Source of the DNA: Mustelus asterias
Lineage: Eukaryota
NCBI RefSeq assembly: GCF_964213995.1
Contig: NW_027590213.1
Span: forward strand, 496,001 to 560,000
DNA length: 64,000 nucleotides
Direction of reading: 5' to 3'
Position 1 is the stretch's first letter; each line of letters begins with the position of its first letter. The translations under genes were made by a program, and so were the position numbers. A model generated the notes under the pieces. The model was not told the DNA's origin, ran no database searches, and saw only the letters and a list, made by a program, of their open reading frames with translations. This document shows positions 23,797 to 35,398 of the stretch, in pieces.

Positions 23797-25215
23797 TCAC
23801 TGGTGTTTCAGCAGTGTTGATGATATTCTAAACCTCCCTGAACAGTGAGAGCAGCTGAACGGCCTCTCCCCGGTGTGAATGTGCTCGGGGATCATCAGTT
23901 CCTGACAGCTTCTGAAGCCGGCCTCTCGGGCAGAGCATTTAAAGGGTCTCTCCTTGGAGTGAGTGGCTTTGTGTTTCTGCAGGCTGGATGAAGTAGTGAA
24001 TCCCTTCCCACACACAGAGCAGGGGAATGGTCTCTCCCCAGTGTGAACTCGCTGATGTTCCCACAGGCTGGATGACCTTTTAAATCTCTTTGAGCAGTGA
24101 GAGCAGCTGAACGGTCTCTCCTCAGTGTGAATGCGCTGGTGGGACACCAGGTCCTGAGAGCTTTTGAATCCGCTCCCACAGTCAGAGCATTTAAACGGTC
24201 TCTCATTAGTGTGAGTGACTTTGTGTCTGCGCAGGTGGGATGAAGTTGTGAATCCCTTCCCACACACAGAGCAGGTGAATGGTCTCTCCCCGGTGTGAAC
24301 TCCCTGGTGTTGCCGCAGGTTGGTTGAAGTTCTAAATCTCTTTGAGCAGTGAGAGCAGCTGAACGGTCTCTCCTCAGTGTGAATGCGCTGGTGGGACACC
24401 AGATCCTGAGACCTTTTGAAGCCATTCCCACAGTCAGAGCATTTAAATGGTCTCTCATTGGTGTGAGTGGCTTTGTGTTTCTGCAGGCTGGATGACCGAG
24501 TGAATCCCTTCCCACACACAGAGCAGGTGAACGGTCTTTCCCCTGTGTGAACTCGCTGGTGAATCTGCAGGTTGGATGAAGTTCTAAATCTCATTGAGCA
24601 GTGAGAGCAGCTGAACGGTCTCTCCCCAGTGTGAATGTGCTGGTGGGATACCAGATCCTGAGAACTTCTGAATCCGCTCCCACAGTCAGAGCATTTAAAC
24701 GGTCTCTCATTGGTGTGAGTGAGATTGTGACTCAGCAGGCTGGATGAATGAGTGAATCCCTTCCCACACACAGAGCAGGTGAACGGTCTCTCCCCAGTGT
24801 GAACTCGCTGGTGTATCCGCAGGTCGGATGAAGTTCTAAATCTCTTTGAGCAGTGAGAGCAGCTGAACGGTCTCTCCTCAGTGTGAATGCGCTGGTGGGA
24901 CACCAGTTCCCCAGAGCTTTTGAAACCACTCCCACAGTCAGAGCATTTAAATAGTCTCTCATTGGTGTGAGTGAGATTGTGTTTCTGCAGGCTGGATAAC
25001 TGACTGAATCCCTTCCCACACACAGAGCAGGTGAATGGCCTCTCCCCAGTGTGAAGTCGTTGGTGTCTCTGCAGATTAGGTAAGTCAGTGAATCCCTTCC
25101 CACACACAGAGCAGGTGAACGGTCTCTCCCCAGTGTGACTGCGTCGATGAATTTCCAGCAGAGATGGGAACCTGAATCCCTTCCCACAGTTCCCACATTT
25201 CCATGGTTTCTCCAT
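23797..25215 (-). CDS. C2H2 zinc-finger protein, 15 canonical fingers plus 2 damaged; 3-finger higher-order repeat
   Basis: Open frame of 484 codons, ATG at 25215 (CACCATGG), ending at a CGA->TGA stop with decayed fingers beyond; acceptor 25566-25567. Confidence 0.85.
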   Translation of the reverse strand: MEKPWKCGNCGKGFRFPSLLEIHRRSHTGERPFTCSVCGKGFTDLPNLQRHQRLHTGERPFTCSVCGKGFSQLSSLQKHNLTHTNERLFKCSDCGSGFKSSGELVSHQRIHTEERPFSCSHCSKRFRTSSDLRIHQRVHTGERPFTCSVCGKGFTHSSSLLSHNLTHTNERPFKCSDCGSGFRSSQDLVSHQHIHTGERPFSCSHCSMRFRTSSNLQIHQRVHTGERPFTCSVCGKGFTRSSSLQKHKATHTNERPFKCSDCGNGFKRSQDLVSHQRIHTEERPFSCSHCSKRFRTSTNLRQHQGVHTGERPFTCSVCGKGFTTSSHLRRHKVTHTNERPFKCSDCGSGFKSSQDLVSHQRIHTEERPFSCSHCSKRFKRSSSLWEHQRVHTGERPFPCSVCGKGFTTSSSLQKHKATHSKERPFKCSAREAGFRSCQELMIPEHIHTGERPFSCSHCSGRFRISSTLLKHQ

Positions 25216-26516
25216 GGTGTGGGTGTCCTTGTGACTCTCCAGGTTAAACAATCAGTTAAATCTGACACAGAACACGGGTACAGTCTCTCCGCGCTGTGAA
25301 TGCTGCGATGTATTTTCAGGCTATGTAACTGGTTAAAGCTCTTTCCACACTCAGTGCACTGGAACACTCTCACTCGGGTGTGTGTATCTCAGTGCATTTC
25401 TAGTCACAGCGATGTTTACAATCTTTTGAAGCCAAGAGGCCAAACAAACATTTCTCCTGCTAGATTCAAAGGCCGATGATATTCAGGTCCCAAGAAATCG
25501 AGTCACTCTGTCAGATCTCGATGTGATGTTGGAGATTTCTGTCTGATTTCTCCTTGTCTAATATCCTGTAAGTCAATTTAGAAAAAAAAATATCGCAATT
25601 CAGAATATGATCGAAATTCAAATCTACATTTCTAGTTTCTATGGAGCATTCATTAAAGACACAGTCATGGAGCATTAAACTTGCCCAGCAGGGTGTGTAT
25701 CAGCACACAGGCAGCTGCTTTGTGAGACTGCCGGCAGTACAGACAAGTCAGAGATAAGGGTGTCCTCAGAAATGGGATTCATTGTGAAAGCTCAGGGACG
25801 GTTGATAAGATGCAGCAATTCTATGATTCTAATGAACATTCTTTCCTCTCTCATTCCCCAAAAGCCGTAAATCTCCATCCCACACACTCTCCCTCCATTC
25901 TCACTCTGCTGTATCTAATATTCACCCTCCCAATTCTCCTGAAGGTGCTGATTGAGGCTGATTGACAGATCCATGTTCACTGCTTCCTGTCCAGCACAGA
26001 AATCAGAACAAATAGGAGCTGCAGTCAGCATTCGGCCCATCGAGTCTGCTCAACCATTCATTGAGATTATTGGTTGATCTACCTCTGCATTATTTTCCCC
26101 ACACTGTCCCCCATATCCATCGATATCTTCAATATCTAGAAACCTATCAATCCCTCTCTTGAAAATTCTTGATGACTGAGGCTCTATAGTCCTCTGGGGT
26201 AGAGAATCCAAAACATCACCACATCCTTGAGTGAAGAAATCCTTCCTCATCTGAGCTTTCTCTCCATTTTCCAGCCTGTTCCCAATAATTATTGACTCCC
26301 TTATCATTCAAAAACTGTCTAACTCATCCTTGAATATATTCAATCCCTCCACTGGTCCCTATGGAAGAGAAATCTAGATACTAACAATTCTCTGAGGGAA
26401 GAGATTGTTGGAAATATATAATATAGCTGCAGTCCAAAATTACACAGCCAGATATAATAAGTGTATTTTATTACAGAGCTTTTAATAATATATCTAATCT
26501 GTACCATATAACAACA

Positions 26517-26908
26517 GGGGAGTTGGTAGCCTCGTGGTATTATCGCTAGACTATTAATCCAGAAACTGAGCTGATGTTCTGGGGACCCAGGTTTGAATCC
26601 TGCCACGGCAGATGGTGGAATTTGAATTTAAAAACAAAATCTGGAATTCAGAATCTACTGATGAACATGAAACCATTGTCGATTGACCAAAAAACCCATC
26701 TGGTTCATTAATGTGCTTTAGGGAAGGAAATCTGCCGTCCTTACCCAGTCTGGCCTACATGTGACTCCAGAGCCACAGCAATGTGGTTGACTCTCAACCA
26801 TCCTCTGAAATGGCCCAGCGAGCCACTCAGTTCAAGGGCAATTAGGGATGGGCAATAAATGCTGGCCCAGCCGGCAATGCCCGTGTCCCAAGGATGAATT
26901 AAAAAAAA
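26517..26908 (+). mobile_element. tRNA-derived SINE
   Basis: Box B-like GGTTTGAATCC, conserved core, GAATTAAAAAAA tail; copies at 27560-27992(-), 43494-43845(+) and 54830-55222(-). Confidence 0.75.
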
Positions 26909-27559
26909 CATCAGACACGTCTCTGTCCTATATTAGTTTACTGTCCCCTTTAATATATTTCAGAAATTAGATGGGCACGTGAAGGAAATAAACTTGCAGG
27001 GGAAAGGGAATATAGAAAGGGAATGGGACTGACTGGATTGTTCTACAGAGAGTCAGCATGGATTCGAGTTACTGAATGGACTCCTTCTGTGCTGTAATGA
27101 CTCGATGAGTGGAAATATATAACATAGCTTCAGTGCTCCATTACAAAACGAGAAATAATAATAAATGTACTTTGTTACAGAACCATAAATAATATATCAA
27201 ATCTACAATGTAACAACACAAGGCATATCTCTGCCCTATATTAATTTATTGTTCTTTTAAATGTCAGCCATCCCCTGGGGAAACCAGCCCTTTAATTGTG
27301 AACATTAGAAAAGGGACCTTTCAGCCAGACAAATCAATGTGTCAAGCTGAGGGAGCAAAGGATGTCGATGTCTTTAAGAGAAATTGCAGTGTTAAAATAA
27401 GCCTTACTTGTGACTAATAAATAAACTTTAATATACACCCACCCAATTCTCCTGAAGGTGCTAATTAATGCTGATTGACACTCACCATTTCATGTTCCTG
27501 ACAGATCATAAGAAATAGTTAGAAATTCAGCCCACCAAGCTGCTCAATTGAATTTGTTT

Positions 27560-27992
27560 CATTCATTCATGGGATATGGATGTTGCTGGCTGGCCAGCAT
27601 TTATTATCCATCCCTAGTTGCTCTTGGAGGGCAGTTGCAAGTCAACCACATTGTTGTGGCTTTGGAGTCACATGTTGGCCAGACCAGTTAAGGATGGCAG
27701 ATTTCATTCCCTGAAGGACATTAGTGAACCAGATAGGTTTTTCCGACAATCAAAAGGGTTTCATGGTCATCAGTAATTTCTTAATTCCAGATATTTTTTA
27801 TTGAATTCAAATTCCACCAAGCTGCTATGGGGTGGGATTGTTGTTGGTGCAGACTCGATGGGCTGAATGGCCTCCCTCTGTACTGTAGGATTTCTATGAT
27901 TCTATGGCAGGATTCAAACCCGGGTCCCCAGAACATTAGCTGAGTTTCTGATTAATAGTCCAGCAATAATACCACAAGGCCATCGTCTCCCC
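27560..27992 (-). mobile_element. tRNA-derived SINE with a nested HE1/HER1-type tail (about 27830-27906)
   Basis: Reverse complement of the 26517 family, interrupted by GGTGCAGACTCGATGGGCTGAATGGCC..(TTCTATGA)n. Confidence 0.7.
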
Positions 27993-28571
27993 ATCAAGAT
28001 CATGGCTGATTTGATGTTATCTTAACTCCACTTTTCTTCCTGTCACCCTTGACTCCCTTTTCGATCAAAAATCTCTCTGTATTTTGAGTATATTTAATGA
28101 TGCAGCCTCCACTGCTCTCTGGGGAAGAGAATTGCAAAGACTAACGGCCCTCTGAGGGAAGACATTTCTCCTCCTCACCATCAGAAATGGGGGACCCTTT
28201 ATTTTGACAATTTGCCGACTAATTCTGGAATCCCCAACATTGGAAACATCCTCTCTTCATCTATACTAATCACTACCTCACAATCTGATGTCAATACTAT
28301 GATCACCTCTAAACTCCAGTCAGTACAGGCCCAACCTTTCCTCACAAAACAATGCCTTCATCCCAGCTATCAGCCTGCAGATCCTTCTCTGAACTGACAA
28401 TGACAGAGAGGTGATCAGGGAGGGCAGGGGTGAAACAAAGCAATGGATGGACATGGATTCAGATCCAGAGTAACGGAGTCACACCAGCCCCAAAGACGTG
28501 GAACCAGAGTACAGATAACAGAGCACAGCAGGAAAATTCAAAATTATAGGTAAATGTTCAATAATACTCAC

Positions 28572-28675
28572 CTCTGAAACAATTTCACTGTTTTCTAATT
28601 TGAAACCTGCAGCTGGAAAGATGTCAGAAGCACTGGAATCAGAGAAAAATTGCAATCTTCAAATATTCTAACTCC
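28572..28675 (-). other. Candidate 104-bp internal 5' exon of the 23.8-25.2-kb ZNF gene
   Basis: Minus-strand acceptor CTCCTTTTGCAG| resembling the ZNF-exon acceptors, and a consensus donor GAG|GTGAGT. Confidence 0.5.
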
Positions 28676-28794
28676 CTGCAAAAGGAGATTACAAGAGTCA
28701 CGTGTTAATTGTGGCTTGAAATTAAGAGATACACATTTTTGGGGGGTTTGAGATTGCTTGAAAATCCTCTTCTTCTAACCAAGGAGATTCCAAA

Positions 28795-29138
28795 ATCACA
28801 GAATTTCTGCAGTGCTGAAGGAGGTCTTTTAGGTCATTGAGTCTGCATCAAGTTTCTAACAGACCCTTTACTCAGACCCTATCCCTGTAACCTGATGTAC
28901 GTACATCACTAATCCTCCCCTTTCCTCCCCCCTCATCTTGGGACACAGAGGGACAATTTAGCACTGTTGATCAACCTAACCTGCACATCTTTGGAGTGTG
29001 GGAGGAAACCAGAGCACCCGGAGGAAACCCACACAGACAGAGGGAGAGTGTGCAAACTCCATACAGACAATCACCCGAGGCTGGAATTGAACCGGGTCTC
29101 TGGCGCTATGAGACAGAACTGCTAACCACTGTGTCACC
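28795..29138 (-). mobile_element. HE1-like V-SINE
   Basis: Reverse complement of tRNA-like head + TGTGTGGAGTTTGCAC..GGGTTTCCTCCGGGTGCTC V-domain. Confidence 0.8.
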
Positions 29139-29199
29139 CCCAACAGTCATTTGTCAGTCCTGAATATAAATCCATAACATTCTCCCCTCCTGTTTTCTA

Positions 29200-29715
29200 G
29201 CATAAGATTTCTTAAGATGGAATATACTTACATTGGAAACAATTCAGACAAGGTTCACTCGCTGATTTTGGGCATGAAGGGGTCAGTTTTATGAGGAAAG
29301 GTTCGGCAGGGTGCATCTATGCTCGTTGGATTTTAGATAAATGAGATGTGATCTTACTGAAACATATGAGATTCTGAAGGTGCTTGACAGAGTGAATGCT
29401 GAAAGGGTTTACCCCTCAACACGGAATCTGGAACTGCGAGAACAATTTAAAAATAATGATCTAAGACAGAGATGAGGAGAAATTGCTTCTCTCAGAAGTT
29501 CAGTAAGCTGTGAAATTCTCTCCCTCATTGAACAATAGAGGCCGGCTCATTGAGTATATTCAAAGCTGTGTTATTTACAATTTTACCTACCAGGAGGTGA
29601 TGAGTTAGAGAGGTTGAGGCTGGAGGAAAATTGAGTTAAGCCATGTGTTTACTGAATGGCGGAGCAGCCTCGATGGGTCTAGATGCCCCCTCCTGCTCCT
29701 AATTTTGATCATGTT
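29200..29715 (+). mobile_element. Degenerate CR1 3' fragment
   Basis: Decayed MRCDLTETYEILKVLDRVNA and KTEMRRN.FSQ motifs plus tail. Confidence 0.7.
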
Positions 29716-29834
29716 TTTGTTCTGTTATTCGAATGGCCGCACATTCCCCCTGCAGCACCTTCCCCCGGGAAAGGCAGCATCCATGAACCCGGCCTGTCAG
29801 TCAATGACTCAAACATTGTCTCTCCTGGTCACCC

Positions 29835-30215
29835 AAATCCTGAAGCTCCGCCCACTGACCGCGCATGCGCTCTGCTCCCCGCTAAACAAAGATGGCGGCC
29901 ACGGCACTGGGCCTGATCCCAGATAAAATCCCCGGAGCTGCAAACCCGGGACCGGAAGGCTCTTATTCAGGCCTTGCGGCCTACAGCAGATGTTCATGAA
30001 GCCTCTGCTCCCTCCCCACCCCGACTCCATTCCTCCGGCCGCCCTACCGATTCTCACCCCTTGAAACAAGTGTCTCCCGCACTCGCAGGCCTCCGAGCAA
30101 AGTGACACTGCGCATGCCCCAGATACAGCGCTGCGCCTGCGCACTGGGCTCCTGTGGAGTGAGTAGGGCACTTTCACACCCGCAGCGAATGCTGGGTAAT
30201 AACCGCCATTGAAAC
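29835..30215. promoter_or_regulatory. CpG-island promoter cassette (GC box-NRF1-YY1...NRF1-ZNF143-like-YY1)
   Basis: GCGCATGCGC 29861-29870; AAGATGGCGGC 29889-29899; NRF1-like sites 30109-30143; TTACCCAGCATTCGC on minus at 30185-30199; minus donor GTGAGA at 30057. Confidence 0.7.
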
Positions 30216-30609
30216 CTCATACAATTAATTCATAATAACATTGTTCGCATTTGAGGTAAATTAATGAAATATTGAGAATTGGTGATCTCCTGTGCTCCAT
30301 TTCTCAAAGTTCTGCTGCAGGACCATGCAATGGTTTCAAAGCTTTCACACCGTTTCCCTCTCACTCCTCCCTTTATGGTGCTGATTCTGGCTGGGTTCAA
30401 TCGCACAGTCACTGGTTCTTCTCTCTGTCCCTGATACTGAATATTCACTGTTTTAGAGAATGATACAGCATAAATAGAAATCATTTGGCCCATTATGTCT
30501 CTGCTGGCTCTCTGGAAGATCTATCCAATTAATTCCACAGCCCAGCTGGTAGAGTCAGAACAATGCGGGAGGGTCGTGGGGATCCCAATCAGACCAAATC
30601 ATTTTATCA

Positions 30610-30788
30610 TAAAAGTGAAATACTGTGGATGCTGGAATCTGAAAAAAACCCAGAAAATGCTGGAAAATCTCAGCGGGTCTGATAGCATCTGTGGAGAGAG
30701 AATAGAGCCAATATTTCGAATCAAGATGTCCCTTCATAAGAGCTCTTACGAAGTGTCATTCAGACTCAAAACGTTGGCTCTATTCTCT
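30610..30788. mobile_element. Penelope-type pLTR remnant forming a 92-bp imperfect palindrome (30697-30788)
   Basis: Palindrome centred on TAAGAG|CTCTTA (30742/30743); each arm carries a decayed CTGANGAAG..GAAACGTT motif. Related pieces at about 200-287, 10455-10550, 14508-14543 and 34855-34965. Confidence 0.6.
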
Positions 30789-31649
30789 AATTATTTTATC
30801 AATATGTTTCTTGTTCTTAGTTTCCAAATGGCAGGTAAGAGACCTCTCCGGTCCCCACTTGAGCTCTGATTTTTCACTGACCATGCTTGGGTAGGATTAT
30901 AACCATTATAATCTACGCTCAGAGGTCCGCTTTTCAGTCCAGTGCTACTTGGAGTATACCGTCACCTCGCCGACTATCGGGTCACAAGTCCCTCACAGTT
31001 CTTATCACAAATTTATGATGAAATAATTTAAACAATGCCTGAGAACGCTTCTTCACTTCTTAACCGACTCCCTACCATGGTTTGTTGATTGGTCAGACCC
31101 TCTTTTTACAAATTCGGGTATATCAGCTGCTGAACACCAGCCGGTGTTTTGGAATAAGTTTAATTCTAACTCATTCTGAGTAAATATTCCCACCACGTCC
31201 TCTATCGGGGCCCTGCTAAGCAGCTTTAATGGTCCGTGATTGCAGAAACTGAGCAGCCACAGGAATGTGGTCAAGATAGTCCAGTCCCATAATGCCTCAT
31301 ATTCAATCTGCAGTCCTTCAATTATAACAGAATATGTGGCTGTATGTAGCTGCCTCGGCCGTGGTCAACCCCAACACTGCCTTCTTGAACTGCTACAATG
31401 CCTGAGGTGTAAGTACACCCACAGTCCTGTTAGGGAGGGTTTTCCAGCTACACATTCCATACTTTCACCAGAATGAAGGTGGATACCAGATTGTCTATTC
31501 CATTCAACCACACCCAAGGTGAGTTATTCAAATTCCTTGATTGTCCAGGACAATATATTCACAATATCTTTAAATCAGAAATTAAACATTCCCATTTGAT
31601 TTCAGGCATTAACATATTCTATTAGTTTGTTCCTTATTGTCAATGTCAG

Positions 31650-31900
31650 GCTGGGGTTCTCCTTGGAACAAAGGAGGTTGAGGGAGATTTGATAGAGGTG
31701 GACAAGATTCTGACAGGTTTAGATAAGGTGGACAAAGAAAAGCTGTTCCCATTAGCTGATGAGACAAGGACGAGGGGGACACAGATTTAAGGTTTTGGGT
31801 CAGAGATGCAGGGGGGGGAATGTGAGGGAGAATATTTTGATGCAGCGAATGGTAATGTTCTGGAAATCGCTGCCTACGAGGGTGGAGAAAGTGGAGACAA
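31650..31900 (+). mobile_element. CR1 3' fragment
   Basis: LGFSLEQRRLRGDLIEVDKILTGLDKVD-like sequence. Confidence 0.75.
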
Positions 31901-32191
31901 CAAACTATTGCAAAGGAAATTCGATTGGCATTCAGGCGGTGTTTCAATTAGAAATGCTGACTCAACATGTCTTAACTTCCGATCGCCCGGTCACTCTGTG
32001 ATCCATGTGAAATTTGAAACCAGGTATTCGTAACAAGACTCAGCCCACTGGAGGCAAAGTCGTGAGACCGGCCAGTCCAGCAGAAAGAACCCCTCCGACC
32101 CTCCCCATTGACCAACTGGGAAAATGAACAAAATGCAGTCCTGGATGTAACTGAGAGCAGAAACAATGACAGCAGAATCCAACCTCTGGAA

Positions 32192-32865
32192 TCACTTGTG
32201 AATTGGTTGGTGTCTCAGCAGGTGGGATGAAGTTCTGAAACTCTTCCCACACTGAGAGCAAATGAATGGCCTCCCCCAGTGTGAACTCGCTGGTGTCTCC
32301 GCAGGCTGGATGACTGAGTGAATCCCTTCCCACACTGAGAGCAGGTGAATGGTTTCTCCCCAGTGTGAACTCGCTGGTGTGTCTGCAGGTCGGATAATTG
32401 AGTGAATCCCTTTAAACACTGAGAGCAAGTGAACAGCTTCTCCCCAGTGTGAACTCGCTGGTGTCTCCGCAGGGCGGATGACTGAGTGAATCCGTCCCCA
32501 CACTGAGAGCAGGTGAATGGTCTCTCCCCAGTGTGAATTCGCTGGTGTCCCCGCAGGCTGGATAAGTCAGTGAATCCCTTCCCACACACAGAGCAGGTGA
32601 ACGGTCTCTCCCCAGTGTGAACTCGCTGGTGCGTTTGCAGGTGGGATGTCTGAGTGAATCTCTTCCCACACTGAGAGCAGGTGAACGGCCTCTCCCCAGT
32701 GTGAACTCGCTGGTGTGTCCGCAGATTCGATAACTGACCGAATCCCTTGCCACACACACAGCAAGTGAATGGTCTCTCCCCAGTGTGACTGCGTCGATGA
32801 GCTTCCAGCTGAGATGGGGAAATGAATCCCTTCCCACAGTCCCCACATTTCCACAGTTTCTCCAT
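32192..32865 (-). CDS. C2H2 ZNF, 7 in-frame fingers with a 1-nt frameshift before the 8th
   Basis: ATG at 32865 (CACCATGG); the linker reads ACTGGGGGAGGCC near 32270, putting the last finger in ORF 32192-32503; acceptor 33218-33219; candidate donor at 33969. Confidence 0.75.
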
Positions 32866-33734
32866 GGTGTGGGTGTCCTTGTGACTCTCCAGGTTAAACA
32901 AGCAGTTAAATCTCACACAGAACACAGGTACAGTCTCTCCCACTGTGAATGCTGCGATGTATTTTCAGGCAATGTAACTGGTTAAAGCTCTTTCCACACT
33001 CAGTGCACTGGAACACTCTCACTCAGCTGTGAATGTGTCTCGGTGCTTTTCAAGTCACACAAATGATTAAAGTTTTTGAAGCACAGAACAGAGAAACATT
33101 TCTCCTTTGAGAAACAAAGGTCGAAATATTCAGGTCCCGATGAATTGAGTGAGGATGTCAGATGTTGATGTGACGTTTGGTTTGAAATTTGTCTGTAAAT
33201 CCTCCCCTTCAAATATCCTGTAAAAAGAATTTACAAAAGTGATCAGTGTCAGCACAGGATAGAAATTCAGGACAATTCTAGTTTCTCTGGAACATTCTTT
33301 CCTCTCTCATTCCCCAAAAGCTGTGAATCTCCATCCCACACACTCTCCCTCCATTCTCACTCTGCTGTATCTAATATTCACCCTCCCAATTCTCCTGAAG
33401 GTGCTGATTGAGGCTGATTGACAGATCCATAGAACACAGAACATAGAACATTACAGCGCAGTACAGGCCCTTCGGCCCTCGAACAAAGAACAATACAGCA
33501 CAGGAACAGGCCCTTCGGCCCTTTATTCCCCGTGATGAATTCTCCCATTTCTAACATTTTGTCAATCATTTTCTCTTTATATATCTATAGAAACTTTTAC
33601 AGTCAGTTTTTATGTTCCTGCCAGCTTACTTTCATACTCCATGTTTCCCTGGGAGTGGGTGAAGCTGTTGAAAACCTGTTGCTCAGTTTGCGATGCTTTC
33701 CGGTCACGAGGACCCGGTTGGGAGCAGAAAACGC

Positions 33735-34155
33735 TGAAGCCCCGCCCACTCACTGTTGCGTCACCAAGACACCAGCGCATGCGCTCTGCTCCCTGCTGAA
33801 TCAAGATGGCGGCTGTTAACCTGAGTCTCATCTCGAGAAAAAGACCTGAAGCTGCAAACACGGGACTTGCGGATTACTATTAGAGGTTTGAGACCTTCAC
33901 CAGATATTTAGAAACCCTCTCCGTCCATCTGCCGGTTCCAATCCTCCCTCCATGTCTCCGCATCCTTACCGGTTGCTGATGAGACAGAGGAACGTCTCTC
34001 CCCATTGCCATCATCCACGCTGCACATGCGCCAAACACGGCCTGACTGCGCATGTGCACCTCTCTCCCGTGCTGTGGATAGGGAACATTCCCCACCGCGA
34101 GGAATGTTGGGTAAAGCGCACGCCATCGAAATTCCTCATTTAGGAACGGTGAGCT
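33735..34155. promoter_or_regulatory. CpG-island bidirectional promoter cassette, paralogue of 29835-30215
   Basis: NRF1 33775-33784; YY1 33803-33813; NRF1-like 34021-34058; ZNF143-like 34101-34114; minus donor CCG|GTAAGG at 33969; plus donor CG|GTGAGC at 34149. Confidence 0.72.
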
Positions 34156-34230
34156 TTTTCTGTTGCGATGTGAAAATTAGGGATACGGGTGCAGTCAATA
34201 ACATTAGGAATCAAATTATACTGTAACCTA

Positions 34231-34556
34231 TGCGGCACGGTAGCACAGTGGTTAGCACTGCTGCTTCACAGCTCCAAGGACCTGGGTTCGAATCCCGGAT
34301 CGGGTCACTGTCTGTGTGGAGTTTGCACATTCTCCTTGTGTCTGTGTGGGTTTCTTCCCACAGTCCAAAGATGTGCAGGTTAGGATGATTGGCCATTCTA
34401 AAAATTGCCCGTTAGTGTCCTGAGATGCGTAGGTTAGAGGGATTAGCGGGTAAAATATGTAGGAATATGGGGGTAGGGCCTGGGTAGGATTGTGGTTGGT
34501 GCAGACTCGATGGGCTGAATGGCCTCTTTCTGCACTGTAGGGTTTCTATGATTTCT
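34231..34556 (+). mobile_element. HE1-like V-SINE, near full length
   Basis: Box A GGTAGCACAGTGG, box B GGTTCGAATCC, V-domain, CR1/HER1-type 3' tail. Confidence 0.85.
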
Positions 34557-35097
34557 AAGTACTCAAGGCATTCATTATCCAACAGAAAGTAGGGGAATGG
34601 AAATTCTCAACCGAAGTATCTGAAATTGATACATAATGAGGGGGAAGTCGAACTGTATCTTTAATGAACATGAACACGCAAAAATGGAACTTGACAACTT
34701 TTAAACAGCGCATCCTCTTGACACAGAAATGTCATAATGGGAAATGTGTGTGATGGATAGAGTGGTTTCTGGGGCACATGGGATTGTAGGATCCATGGCC
34801 CCATTAAACAGCAGCTATTGGTCTGTGTTTTATTCGAGGAGCATCAGTGACTGCAACATTAATTCTGTTTCTGTCTCCATAGATGCTGTCTAACCTGATG
34901 AGTATTTACAACGTTTTCTCTTTTCATTTCAGATTTCCAGCAGCTGCAGTGTTTTGATTTTGTTTAGTTGAAGGCGTTGCTCATGGAACCGACTCGAGAA
35001 ACAAATGGACCATTTAAAGCTGTGTTTCAAGTAAGCAAAAAGTAGTTCTGTCAGGGATTTTCATTAAATTTACATTTAGAAAAATTTCAAATTTTTC

Positions 35098-35157
35098 AGT
35101 GTGTGGGAAGGGATTCAGTCGTTCATCCACACTGCTGAGGCACCAGCGAGTTCACAA
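35098..35157 (+). pseudogene. Isolated partial zinc finger
   Basis: [20 protein letters not shown] with no flanking array. Confidence 0.7.
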
Positions 35158-35398
35158 CTGGAACATGGACATGACTAGAATTACCAGCAATTGGCTAAAC
35201 CTCCTTTGACAGCACCTTCCAAAACTACAAACCTCTTCTCCAACATGGATAAGGGCAGTTTGTGCATGGAGACCCCATAACCTGCATTTACTCTTCAGAA
35301 TCACGCACTATTCTGACTTGGTAGTATACTGGTCTGCCTTCACAATCACTCGGCCAAAATCCTAAAACTTATTTCCGAGCAACGCAGTACAGTGGCAC

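Larger units (their letters stand above)
18531..27383. repeat. Segmental duplication copy A (inverted relative to 54355-63715)
   Basis: Colinear reverse-complement similarity throughout; paired ORFs such as 21986/60026, 22514/59500, 26050/55431 and 18642/63419. Confidence 0.93.

Noticed and set aside
30821-30834. 14-bp micro-exon candidate (TTCTTAG|TTTCCAAATGGCAG|GTAAGA)
   Set aside because: Good splice motifs but no plus-strand partner exon nearby; such matches arise by chance.
34231-34305. tRNA gene candidates with box A/B
   Set aside because: They continue into V-SINE body and LINE-type tail, so they are SINE heads; the same holds at 35399, 51700 and 26517.
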